From Hemiscyllium ocellatum (Eukaryota), in the NCBI RefSeq assembly GCF_020745735.1, contig NC_083418.1, forward strand, positions 372,001-436,000: DNA of 64,000 nt, given 5' to 3'. The notes beneath the pieces are model-generated. The model was not told where the DNA came from, searched no databases, and saw only the letters and a program-made list of their open reading frames with translations. The position numbers were made by a program, and so were the translations under genes. Positions 49,863-61,400 of the stretch are shown one piece after another. Within the stretch, counting starts at the first letter, position 1, and each line of letters opens with the position of its first letter.

Positions 49863-51784
49863 AACCAAAACTTCCAGCTCGGCGAACAGAACCACGACAA
49901 AAGCACCCGAGCTACAAATCTTCGCACAAACTTTGAATATTTAAGAAACGTCCAATGCAGAATCCCCGGCAAATTGGTTCTTCCCACAGTATTGTCGTCA
50001 ACAACACATTCACCTCTTGCATTATTTCTTTGTCCAATATCTTTGCAGCATATTCACGTGACACACTCTGTGAGTTTTCTTCATGCCTGGAGTCCCTATT
50101 AAGTAGATAACCTCATTCAATTTCCTCTCAATTTGATCAAATCTGCTCAACCTTGCTTTAAAGTTTCAACTATTACTGAACGTTGGACCAATACATTATT
50201 CCCAGTGGCAAAACCAGTTAACTTTTTATTTCTCAATAACTTCCAGCGAAAATTTTAAATGCTGTCTCGCCAACTTCCTAGCATTATTTCATCAAACTCA
50301 AAAATTTGACACAACATCCAATTGCGTCGTCTCTGCAACCCGACTTATTAATTTCTTTTTAATCAATTTTATTGGTCCTTCTACATGATGCCCAAAATTC
50401 GATTTAGATGGACTTAATTTGGTAGATTCGTTTGGTGCATCTCTGATCGCAAACAGCACAAATGCAACTCCCTTATGGAAATCATCTGGCTACTCTCAAC
50501 CATAAAACCTCAACATCTTCTTTTATATTTGACGTCACCTTTCTAGTTTTCCCTGTGATTCTGAATGGTACACAGTACATATGAATTGTTTTAGACGCAA
50601 GCTATGCATGTACACCTTGAAAAGTTTAGATGTAAATTTTGACTCTTGATGTAATTGTTTCTCTGATTGTAGTCTTAATCTAGGAACAAAAAAAGTGTAA
50701 TTGTTCCACAATCCTTTTAGGTGCAATATTGCACAACTGAACAGCCTTTGGAGATCTCGTCAATACATCTATTAATGTTAATAAATGCTTATTCCCACCT
50801 TTATTGGAAATAGGGAACCTACACAATGAATGAAGACACGTCAGAAAGATTCCTCGAACGCTGGAATAGGTATTAAAGGTTCAGGCTTTATTATTGCGCA
50901 TGGTTGTTCAGATTGGTTGAAATATATGACACGTCTGGCAAAATTCAACTACATTCGTGTGCAGTCCAGGTCAGTAAAAGTGTCTTTGTATTTTAGCCTA
51001 TGTTTTCCTCACGACTAAATGACCTCTAATTTGAATCACATGCGGCAGTCTGAGCACCACTTTTCCGTACTCTACTGGAAAAAAATTCCTGCCCATTTCA
51101 AATCTGTTTGAATATGTGATGGTCTCCATTTCCTCATTAATAAATCATTTATTATTAATATCATAAAGGGATGCTTTCACTCTCCTTCCATGTATATGTC
51201 TTCTGATAGAACTGCTTTAACTCTTCATCTTTCTGCTGTAACTCAGTCGCATATCCGAGATAAAGATACTTGAATTTTTAACATTTGGCCCTGCTGTGTC
51301 CCACTCAATTAATCAAAAATATTTTGTAATCATATTTCAGCTTCCTTATTTGTGCCTTTTGATTTCTCCTGCCTCAGCTAGTCACTCTGTGATCTCGTTA
51401 AGACGCAATCTAAGAAAGGTCATTGATAAACGGCGAGCATTGCTTCACTTGCCTGCATCTCCACTGGCTTTTCAACCAGAGTAGGCAGCACCCTTTCCGG
51501 TGAATGAGCTATATCATTTGAAAGCACAAATTTTATTCCTGGATATGAGAGTTTGTCCAGAACTCACACCACAAAGCCTCCGCTCTTTTCTGCACACTCT
51601 AGTCTCACTTTACCTAATTTAGCAATTTTTCATCTCACCTTGAATTCCCATACACAGCACCTTTCTGAGAATAGTACTTCAGGCGTACGTATTTCCCCAG
51701 CCATCAGTGTCACTGACTTAGAAGATGCTGTTTGCATAATTATTGTTATCTCTCTACCAGTCACTGACACAGTGACAGAGATGC

Positions 51785-53395
51785 AGTGAGTGTGAACGGG
51801 TAATGGTTGCACAGTGAGTTTGAGGGGCTCAGGTTGACGTTCACGTAGTGAAAGTGAGAGGGTCAGGGTGACGGTGCCTCAGTGAGTATGAGAGTGTCAG
51901 AATGATTTGAGTGGTGTAGGAGTGAGTGTGAGGGGGTCAGCCTGAGGATGACGATCTGCATGTAAGTGGCTCGCCTGACAGTTGGGGAGTGAGTGTGAGT
52001 TGTACAGCATAACGGTGACGGAGTTAGTGTGAGGGTTCAGGGTATTGCATTAGGTGTGAGTGTGTTAGGTGAAAGTGATGGCATGAGTGAGGGGTTCAGG
52101 GTGATTGAAACAGAGTGAGTGTGTGGGATACAAAGTAACAGTGAAGGAGTGAGTGTGACGTAGTCAGTGTGACAGTGGTGCAGTGAGTGTGAGGGTGTCA
52201 GTGTGATGGTGATCGAGTGAGTGCAAGGTGGTCAGTGTGACTTTGGGGTACTGACTGTGAGGATGCCAATGTGAAAGTGATGGAGTGATTGTGACAGGGT
52301 ATGAGTGAGGGAGCGATGTCAGGTGGTCATTTTGATTGTGACCATGTAAATGTGAGGGGGTCAGGTTGACGTTGATGGAGTGAGAGTGACAGGCATCAGT
52401 GTGACCTTTGGGGGAAAAAATGTGAGGCGACCAGGGTGACAGTGATGGAGTCATTGTGGCAAGGTATGGGTGACTGGGTGAGTGTGAAGTGGTCATGGTG
52501 ACTGTAACAGAGTGACTGCCAGAGGGTTCGGGTCACACTGACGGAGTGACTACGATGTTTGGAGGGTGACAGTGATAGAGTGTTTTTGAGCGGGTCGGCA
52601 TGATGGTGATGGAGTGATTTTGAGTTGTCAAGAAGTAGGTCTTGAAGTGAGTGTGACGGGGTCAAAGTGCCAGTGACAGATTTTGTGTGAGGGCATCAGG
52701 GTGACTGTGACAGACTGAGTGTGACGGCGTTAGTCTGAGGGTGTGGCTGTGATGGCATAGGTGTGAGGCTGTGAGGATAACAATGATTGAATTAGTGTGA
52801 GGGGTTCAGCGTGATTGTGATGGAGTCTGAGAGTTCCAGTGTGACAGGAAAGGAGTGAGTATGAGCGGGTCAGTGTGACAGTAATGCAGTGAATGTGAGG
52901 GTGTCACTATGATTGTGATGGATTGAGGGTGACAGTGTGAATGTGCGTGGGTCAGGGTGACGGTGTTTGAGTGAGTGTGAGCGGATCAGTGTGATCATGA
53001 TGATGCAGTGAGTGAGGGTATCAGTGTGAAGATGAGGGTGCTGGTGTAAGGGGTGAGAGTGACAGTGGAGGAGTGAGTTTGAGATGTTAACGAGTACATG
53101 ATGGAGTGAGTGTGACAGCGTCACGATGATGGTGACAGTGTGAATGTGAGGGCGCTAGGATCACAGTGATGGATTGAATGCGATTGGGTCAGCTTGACAG
53201 TGATTAAGTGATTTCGAGGTGTCAGGGTGACGTTGATGGAGTGAGTGCGAGGTGGTTATGGTGATGTTGACACAGTGCTAGTGAGGAGGTCAAGGTGACG
53301 GTGATGGAGTGACTGGGAGCAGGTCTGGGTGACTGTGATAGATGTGTGTGAATGTGACAGAGTGACGCAGTGATTGTGAAGGAGTCATAGTGACA
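51785..53395 (+). repeat. degenerate GT-rich tandem satellite, ~32-34-bp unit
   Basis: Dozens of variants of GAGTGAGTGTGAGGGGGTCAGGGTGACAGTGATG; the His/Ser/Thr-rich minus-strand ORFs are a by-product. Confidence 0.85.
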
Positions 53396-53897
53396 GACAC
53401 GGAATGCGTTTGAATGGGCAGAGTGTCATGCCTGCCTTGTCTGGGCACATGTGATTCCACACCAAGATAAACGTGTTTTGCTCTTTTCTTCTTTTTTTAC
53501 TGTGCCCTCTCAACAAAGGAGATTCTTTTTTTCTCTTTTTTGTCTTAGTGTGTATGTGCAGGTGTGAGACGCAGTGAGATACACTAAGTGCACAAATCTT
53601 TATTAAATTTCCACCATCAGAAAAATAGGAAAACACCCAGTGGCCACAAGCAGTACTCTTCACATCAAAGGGCAATGTTGTGTGATCAAAACAGTGAAGG
53701 GGAGGGCAGGGACTAAATCAAAATAAAGTTGGAGGGGGGAATTATGCACTCCACTCCCTGCGGCGCCCACCTCTCCCTGAACAACTCCAAGGTGTTGGTG
53801 GACACGGCGTGCTCCCTCTCCAAGGACACCGGGCTCTAACATAACCGCAGAAGAGGGGCAGGCAGTCGGCCCTCACGAGCCCCTCCACGGCCCGTGT
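53396..53897 (-). mobile_element. L1/Tx1-clade LINE 3' end
   Basis: Minus strand RAVEGLVRADCLPLFCGYVRAR / SLEREHAVSTNTLELFRERWAPQGVEC resembles a Tx1 ORF2 C-terminus, followed by a UTR with AATAAA and A-rich runs. Confidence 0.7.
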
Positions 53898-53904
53898 TTT
53901 GCTC

Positions 53905-53990
53905 TTCACTGCCCTCTGAGCAATTAAGATTGGGCAATAAATTCTGCCTCGCCATTGAAACCTATATCCCGTGAATAGACAAAAAAAAAA
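53905..53990 (+). mobile_element. L2-type/SINE 3' tail
   Basis: GCAATTAAGATTGGGCAATAAATTCTGCCTCGCC..ATCCCGTGAATAG followed by an A tail. Confidence 0.5.
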
Positions 53991-54689
53991 CTCCATGCTT
54001 AGAATCGGATCAGTTTTTCAAGCGTTTTCGTAATAGTTGAAGAAGGAATCTTAAAAAAAAACAAAAGGAGAGAAGAAACCAATGTCTGCAGGAACAAGGA
54101 ACAATTAAGAAAGTGAGTGATAGCAATGAGGGAGTTGTTCGGATGCTTTGCACTTTAGGCTACGGTCGGAACATGCCCTTGCTAGTGTCATGTTTGGGAA
54201 ACATCCTTTGACAGGCTGAATCAGGAGACCTTTCCTGAGGATAGGAGCTCCACCTACAAGTTCTGGAGTTGAGTATATGGCTGTGTGAAGCAGAGAAATT
54301 AGCGAAACGAATGTTGGGGCGGGAGTTGGGGATGGGTCAAGGATACTTTGAAATGAGTGCATAGGGAAAAGAAGTCTGTAAATTGTGTGTTGGAGGAAGA
54401 GGGACTGCAAGAGGATCGTGAGGGGATGAAGAGGCCGAAAATGAGTTCAAGAAGTGAGCTTAAAATGTTTTCAAAGTGCAATTGAAGTTACCAGGATAAG
54501 AAAGTGACACTAATGTAGTCAGATATTTTACAGCTGACCAAACAGGTACATACAGTCAACTGGGGTCCCCTAGATCTTTACAGTGACAATGAATTTATTG
54601 CTAATTAATACAGAATTTCTTGTTCACGGCTGCAACAATTGTGAAGGGAGGAGGAAAACCTCACTGCCCCTCTTGACCTGACAACAACA

Positions 54690-55080
54690 CTTCCCTAACA
54701 CTGAATTCAACACTCTCGAATTCTCCTCTCTGTCCACCCCATCCCAGATCCAACCCTTTGACTTGGCACCGCTCTCTTGGCATGACCTACCTGTCCATCT
54801 TGCTTCATAACTATCCGCTCCACACTTTCTACCAAACTATCAAAATCAATTCCTACTTTTGCCTATCTTTCACCATCCCTCCTACATTTCACTCACCCCG
54901 AGACCCCTTTCTCTACTTGTCATTCCTTCTCCCCCCCTCACTCCTTGTGGAGGGTTATGCCCGAAATGATGACTCTCCAGCTCCTCAGATGCTTTCTGAT
55001 TTGCTGTGCCTTTCCCAGCAACACAATGTATCAATTCTTGTTTGTGGTTTTGCAATTTCAGGAGCTACTCCTATTCTTAG
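54690..55080 (+). mobile_element. Penelope-like 3' fragment (degenerate hammerhead near 54945-54970)
   Basis: Homologous to 56760-57110; GGGTTATGCCCGAAA..CTCCTCAGATGCT. Confidence 0.7.
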
Positions 55081-56629
55081 GAAATATGTAGTTGAACTGA
55101 ATGTAACGGCAATGTGCCAATTAGTAAATTTAAATCAGAGATGCAGTTAAAAAAAAGCTAGTAACTACCTGGTTTAATGTCCCTGTTCCTTTGTATTTGT
55201 GATGGAAAAGTGTCAATTGTGACCTCATTAATCTGTGGAAGATATGTTTAGGCTTACCGAATTTTATATGTGGAAAGGTATAAGACTTATGTTGGAAAAT
55301 AAAATTGTTGCATGCCTCGTCCCTTGTGTCAAATTTAGTTGTGTGGTATCCAGAAAATGAATGTTTCCATGGTATGTTGCAACCTTAAAGATTAATTGAG
55401 TGTTGATTGCATTTGAAGAAATTGGTGACTTCTAATTATTGTTCCTGTGTGAGTCTAAATTGTAGTTCAGAAGTAACTAAAATAACTGAGTCCAGTTACT
55501 GCATGACAACATCACCCATTTTAATAAGCCATTTAAATTGAAAAAAGTAGTCCTCAAACAAAACCAAGAGGTGCCCTCAAGATAGTTCTGTTCAATCATG
55601 AAATGTCATATTAAGAGAAATCCTACTCTTGTTACTCTTTTTGTAATGATATATAGAGCAGAACAGCCCAGAGAAGACGTTTGCAGGTGGTTCTTTTGAC
55701 CCTAATTGATATTAACAAGTCATTTCTAACTTCTCGTCAGTTACCTTGGGATTAGAAAAAATAATATTTCGATGTGTATTACAATGTAGGCAATTGGCAA
55801 TAATTTGTCAATCCAATACTGAGCAGAAAACGAACACGTAGATTGAAAAAACTTAGACTCCTGCCGGTGAGTTATGACTCTCAAATTGCAAGCTGGAAGT
55901 AGTATCAGTGTTTGAGTTAAAAAAATAAATCAGTAGGTCCTTTAAGAATGCAGACCCAGGCTCAGACCAAAAGTGTCCAGTCATCTGCAACCTTACTTCC
56001 AAACAAGTCTGCATTATCCGTTAGCACTTATAAAGTACTTATGCCCAGTCTCTTCAGCTCACTCTGTGCAAATTCTGTGGAAAGACGTAATTGGATAAAG
56101 ATTGAAAAATAGAAAATTTGTTCAACAGCAGAGCTAATGTATTGAGGCAATCTAACAGACACACAATCGAAAGAACAGAAAAAATGAAATGTCCAAAGAA
56201 ATCGAATCACTATCACAGGAGCTCTCTCTCAACTCACATTCGAAGGGGGAACGGCTTGAGCAAGACAAATGGAGATCCTATATTATTAAGCAAAGGACAA
56301 TTCACAGCAACCCTCCGACTAGCATCTCAATTCTATTAAAGCGTAATCAGCAAGTGGAAGTACTCAAATCCTAGGAGTGAGATCAACAGTTTCGTCTCTT
56401 CAGGAATGTAGAAAGAATAGGAATGGCAGGTAAGGTTTCAAGGTATGCGGGAGGTGCAAGGCATGAGAGTCATGGCAGAAGAAGAGCAGCAGTTAGCATG
56501 TGGGGAAACAATGAAGCAGCAGAAGCGTAGAATACAGGAATTAAGGGCAGTCAGGTGCCGTCTCATGGCAGCAGGAGGATTGGGCACTGGGAGAGCCGTG
56601 TAAAGGAGAGGATACAGGGAGCAGTGACA

Positions 56630-57150
56630 CAACACCTTAACTCCTCCCCACCCACTCTGCAATGAACTTTCAGATCCTGGGCGTCCTCCATCACCACTGT
56701 ATTCCCTACCGACGTCCAGAGGAAGACCGCCTCATCTTCTGCTTTGGGAAACTTCAATCCTATGGCATCAACGTGGATTTCACCAAATCCCTCATTTCCC
56801 CTCCCCTCACGTTATGCCAGTTCCAACCTTCTCGCTCAGCACCATCTTAATGACCTGTCCCATCTTTTAATCTTCCTTACCAACTATCCGCTAAAGCTTC
56901 CCACCTACCTATCATCATCACCGCTACGTCGATGCACCAATTGCAATCTCAGCTTCCTTTTATCAGCCCCATGCCCGCTAATTTATCTCTCCACGCCCAA
57001 GGGTCCCAGCCACATTCTTGATGAAGGGCTTTTGCCCGAAACGTCAACTTTCCTGCTCTCCGGATGCTGCCTGACCTGCTGTGTTTTTACAGCACCAATA
57101 TAATTTTGACTCTAATCTTGATTATCTGCAATATTCGCTTTCGCCTCGCA
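56630..57150 (+). mobile_element. Penelope-like 3' fragment with near-intact hammerhead (57018-57045)
   Basis: GIY-YIG tail QILGVLH..EEDRLIFCFGKLQSYGINVDF; TTGATGA-A-GGGC-TTTT-GCCC-GAAAC-GTC (C3 replaced by T). Confidence 0.85.
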
Positions 57151-57451
57151 GTGAGACAGGGAAGTGCTCTGGGAAACTTCAAGGGCCAGGAGCTTTGGGG
57201 GTGGGGTCTTCCGAGGCGGTAGGAGGCAACGGAAGATCAGGTACAGGCATTCGGTGAAAGGGTCATGTGTACAGTAGCGATTGGAGGGTCTAGAAAAATG
57301 CGCGAAGCAGTGAACAGAGCCGGCAAGGGGATGAAAAATTAGAAAGACAGATAGCAGGCAAGTTTGAGAAAACAGTCAAAACATAGGTTCTAAAGTAGTG
57401 AGGTCAGGTGGGGCAAACAAGTGAACGGGCAAGAGACAGAGTGACAGCACG

Positions 57452-58862
57452 AATGTGGTCCCATTGTTCAAGAAAGGGAGTAGGGATAGCCCTAGTAACT
57501 ATAGGCCAGTGAGTCTGACTTCAGTGGTGGGCAAAGTCTTAGAGAGAATGGTAAGGGATAAGATTTATGAACATCTGGGTAGGAATAATGTGATCAGGGA
57601 TAGCCAGCATGGTTTTGTGAAGGGCAGGTCGTGCCTCACAAACGTTATTGAGTGTTTTGAGAAGGTGACTAAGGAAGTGGATGAGGGTAAAGCAGTCGAT
57701 GTTGTGTATATGGATTTTAGTAAGGCGTTCGATAAGGTTCCCCATGGTAGGCTAATGCTAAAACTTCGGAGGTATGGCATTGAGGATACATTAGAGGTTT
57801 GGATTAGGAATTGGCTGGCTGGAAGGAGACAGAGGGTAGTAGTTGATGGATTATGTTCATCTTGGAGCGCAGTTACTAGCGGTGTACCACAAGGATCTGT
57901 TTTGGGACCATTGCTTTTTGTTATCTTTATAAATGATCTAGAGGAAGGACTTGAAAGCTGGGTAAGCAAGTTTGCGGATGACTCAAAAGTCGGTGGAGTT
58001 GTGGATAGTGAGGAAGGAAGTGGTAGGTTACAGCGGGATATAGATAAGTTGCAGAGCTGGGCGGAAATGTGGCAAATGGAATTCAATGTAGCTAAGTGCG
58101 AAGTCGTTCACTTTGGTAGGAATAACAAGATGATGGATTACTGGGCTAATGGTAGGCTACTTGGTAGTGTGGATGAGCAGAGGGATCTTGGTGTCTATGT
58201 ACACAGATCTCTGAAAGTTGCCACCCAGGTAAATAGTGCTGTGAGGAAGGCATATGGTGTACTGGGCTTTATTGGTAGAGGAATTGAGTTCCGGAGTCCT
58301 GAGGTCATGTTGCAGTTGTATAGGACTCTGGTGAGGCCTCATCTGGAGTATTGTGTGCAGTTTTGGTCGCCATACTATAGGAAGGATGTGGAAGCTTTAG
58401 AACGAGTGCAGAGGAGGTTTACCAGGATGTTGCCTGGAATGGTAGGAAAATCTTATGAGGAAAGGCTGAGGCACTTGGGGCTGTTCTCATTGGAGAAGAG
58501 AAGGTTTAGGGGAGATCTGATAGAAGTGTATAAGATGATTAGGGGTTTAGATAGGGTAGATACTAAGAACCTTTTACCGCTAATGGAGTCAGGTGTTACT
58601 AGGGGACATAGCTTTAAATTAAGGGGTGGTAGGTATAGGACAGATGTTAGGGGTAGATTCTTCACACAGCGGGTTGTGAGTTCATGGAATGCCCTGCCCG
58701 TATCAGTGGTGAACTCTCCTTCTTTATGGTCATTTAAGCGGGCATTGGATAGGCATTTGGAAGTTATTGGGCTAGTATAGGTTAGGTAGGATTCGGTCGG
58801 CGCAACATCGAGGGCCGAAGGGCCTGTACTGCGCTGTATCCTTCTATGATCTATGTTCTATG
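57452..58862 (+). mobile_element. young CR1 (HER1-like) LINE, 5'-truncated, with an uninterrupted RT domain
   Basis: 441-aa ORF 57455-58780: YRPVSLTS, QHGF..SCLTN, DFSKAFDKVPH, GVPQGSVLGP, FADD; 3' UTR and (TTCTATG) tail. Confidence 0.98.
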
Positions 58863-59707
58863 GGCAGCAGGAACAGGAGGACAGCGGGGAAGAGAGTAGA
58901 AACTTGCAGGTAAGAAGGTGGTTTCAAGAGAAGAGAGTGACAGTGGAGCGAAGGGTGCTGCAGTGATGGGGAGGAAGAGAGTCACAGGAAAATATGGGCA
59001 GAATCAAGGGTTGACAGTGAGCAGGACAGAGGAGAGACATAGTTACTGCGGTATGACTGGCAAACCAGGCAAAGTCTAGGGGCACTCACCAGAAAGGAGA
59101 AGGAACAGCTCGACGGCTATGAAATGGGAGAGGGGAACAGGCTGTGGTAAACGGGAAACAGGACGGATGGTGGAGAGATAGGGCTGAAGAGGGACCAAGG
59201 GATAATTCCGGTGACGAGAACACCCCTCGCCAATGTGCTCTCTCAATTCCCAGGAGTCACAGTAACACCAGTGTTTGTTGGAGCAAAAAATCAACTGCCA
59301 ATCTAACTGGTCAACTTGATTCAATTCCAAATCCTCGACAGCCTTCACTCTGAAGGCTTCCTTGTGACAGCGCCTACTGAACTGAGGGCAAACGGAACGC
59401 CTACCCACCTCGGACGACGTTGATCGTCGCCAGGCTCACTTCGTTGAAAAGGCTGAATCGGTCTTCTGGATGGAATCACCCAGTACGTCTGAGTTTTCAC
59501 CTGGACGTACGGCGCAGTGACATCGTCGTGTAACGACGTATGATGTTGATCGTGAAGAGGTGTCAATCGAAATAACTCGGGCTCATTATTCATCCACAAT
59601 AAGGGCAGGTTTGCACCTGATGGCAGCAGAAGGCAGCACACATACAGGAAAAATTTGTCACTCTCTCTGCATCTGTTCAACCAAAACATTCACTTTTCTT
59701 CAAAGCA

Positions 59708-59789
59708 TCTGTGATTGCTGAGTGGCATAGGCATAGAACTTGTAATCTGAAGGAGTTTCCTCTTGCAAGTTCGAGCCCAAAAAGGTGGA
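59708..59789 (+). pseudogene. tRNA-Ser pseudogene
   Basis: TCTGTGATTGCTGAGTGGCATAGGCATAGAACTTGTAATCTGAAGGAGTTTCCTCTTGCAAGTTCGAGCC vs GCTGTGATGGCCGAGTGGTTAAGGCGTTGGACTCGAAATCCAATGGGGTCTCCCCGCGCAGGTTCGAATCC. Confidence 0.65.
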
Positions 59790-60880
59790 ATCTTTAAAAA
59801 GGGATTCTGACGAGAATAACATCAGCCATGAACATGCTAAATGGCGGAGCGTCATCGAAGTGCTGAATTGTCTGTGCCTGATCCTAATTTCATCTTAACC
59901 CTCTGAAACCATATATCAAGGGAAATTCTAGAATGAATTTGGGATGTTTTTGCAGAATATGACATCAGCGACTCTCAGTTTCGATGACAGAAATAAATTA
60001 TCTTTTAGTTGCTCCAAAACATGGCTCGATTTCCAACTTCACGGAAGTAAAGATTCGAGACCATATTTGTGCTGCTGGTCGCATTCGGTCTCAAAAGGTC
60101 TCACTCTGAAAATAATACACTCTCAATACAACCTATCTCCTGACACTGGGCAAACATCCTACGAAAGTAACATTACTCGTATGTGTGACTCACAGAGTCA
60201 CAGAGTCTCAGCTGTTGGCAACTGGTGACATTCATAGTTGAGATCCATCTGTGGGATCCGAAGTACATTCACGATAGATATCAATTGCACATGTCTGGCC
60301 ACTTTCTGGAAAGCAATCGGGCTCTGTGCACTTGACTATATTTGCAATGCAGATCCAACTGCAGGCACTTGGCTACATTTCCATATAACTGTACCTGCTT
60401 ATACTTGGTCGTGTTACTTAAAATTGGCACCTGCCTAAACGTAGTTAAAATTTCGGCATAGTGGCGACTTCCAGCGTCTTAAAAACTTAGCCTGATCTCG
60501 GAGTTGAAAATTTGCCAGTTTCGGAAATTAATGCTACATTAACACAGAACCAGAGTGATGGTCAAAATGATTCGGAATAAAAACACTTCTTGGCTCAGTA
60601 AGGCATGGGATAAAGAACGAGTAACTAAATCTACGAGGCAATCACCTTAGATGACAGGACACGAATCTGCACAGGGAAAACCCTGCGGATTTCTCAGAAG
60701 TGCGGAAATGACTCCATTGTCAAAAATATGAGATACTCCAGAGCGCCCTCAGATGTCTGGTCAATAGTTTGGGGTTAAAACGCCGATTTTACAAGTAATA
60801 AAATAGCATCTTAGGAACAGCATATAATTATGCAGTTGTTTTTAAGTTTTAGTACATATGCCATTCTTTCTGAGCTCCAA

Positions 60881-61140
60881 ATTTAGACTTAGACTTAGAC
60901 TTAGACTTACAGTGTGGAAACAGGCCCTTCGGCCCAACAAGTCCACACCGACCCGCCGAAGCGAACCCCACCCATACCCCTACATTTACCCCTTACCTAA
61001 CACTACGGGCAATTTAGCTTGGCCAATTCACCTGACCCGCACATCTTTGGAGTGTGGGAGGAAACCGGAGCACCCGGAGGAAACCCACGCAGACACGGGG
61101 AGAACGTGCAAACTCCACACAGTCTGTCGCCTGAGGCGGA
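60881..61140 (-). mobile_element. HE1 SINE lacking its tRNA head
   Basis: Very similar to 24290-24530; (TCTAAG)n tail. Confidence 0.92.
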
Positions 61141-61199
61141 AATATAGTAGATATAAAAATAAGTTGAATTTTGAACTGATTGCTCAGTTGAAAATGATA

Positions 61200-61400
61200 T
61201 CCACCAAGAGATTTGTGGAAAGCAAATCTTAGCAGAACTTACACACTTAATGGAATTGTCCAAGGGAGTGATACTGAACAAAGAGACCTTGGAGTGTAGA
61301 TTCATAACTCCTTGAAATTGGAGTCGCAGGTAGATAGTATAGTGAAGAAGGCTTCCGGTATTCTTTCCTTTATGGGTCAGAGTAGTACATACAGGAGTTG
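61200..61400 (+). mobile_element. CR1 RT fragment
   Basis: GAACAAAGAGACCTTGGAGTG..TTCATAACTCCTTGAAA..CGCAGGTAGATAG encodes EQRDLGV..HNSLK..QVD. Confidence 0.75.

Larger units (their letters stand above)
47629..49937 (+). mobile_element. young Penelope-like element, 5'-truncated, with an ~820-bp inverted 3' duplicate (47629-48446, minus)
   Basis: RT GTPMGSPISG..WVRYVDDTF (48754) and GIY-YIG VVYKIP..YIGQTGR (49254, mirrored at 47687-); perfect TSD TATTTAAGAAAC at 47617-47628 and 49938-49949. Confidence 0.97.
46520..51770 (-). mobile_element. Gmr1-like Ty3/gypsy LTR retrotransposon pol remnant (PR-IN-RT-RH), interrupted by Penelope
   Basis: Minus-strand order: protease (~51500-51760), IN HHCC GHL..KIQRHFY*PGLH..EFCQTCH (~50920-51050), YHSESQGKLER (~50540), RT CVDY/EKMGRATYISK/LNLAESEFAK..LGH (46750-47300), RNase H IDVSDVGV (~46550). 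Confidence 0.85.

Noticed and set aside
52164-53124. His/Ser/Thr-rich ORFs
   Set aside because: Translations of the GT-rich satellite.
57455-58780. 441-aa ORF as a host gene or retron-type RT
   Set aside because: It is the RT part of a 5'-truncated CR1 ORF2 with a GTG pseudo-start and a CR1 tail.
57441-58873. TSD for the young CR1 (GACAGCACGAA / GGCAGCAGGAA)
   Set aside because: Two mismatches in 11 bp is too many for so young a copy, and the 5' boundary is ambiguous.
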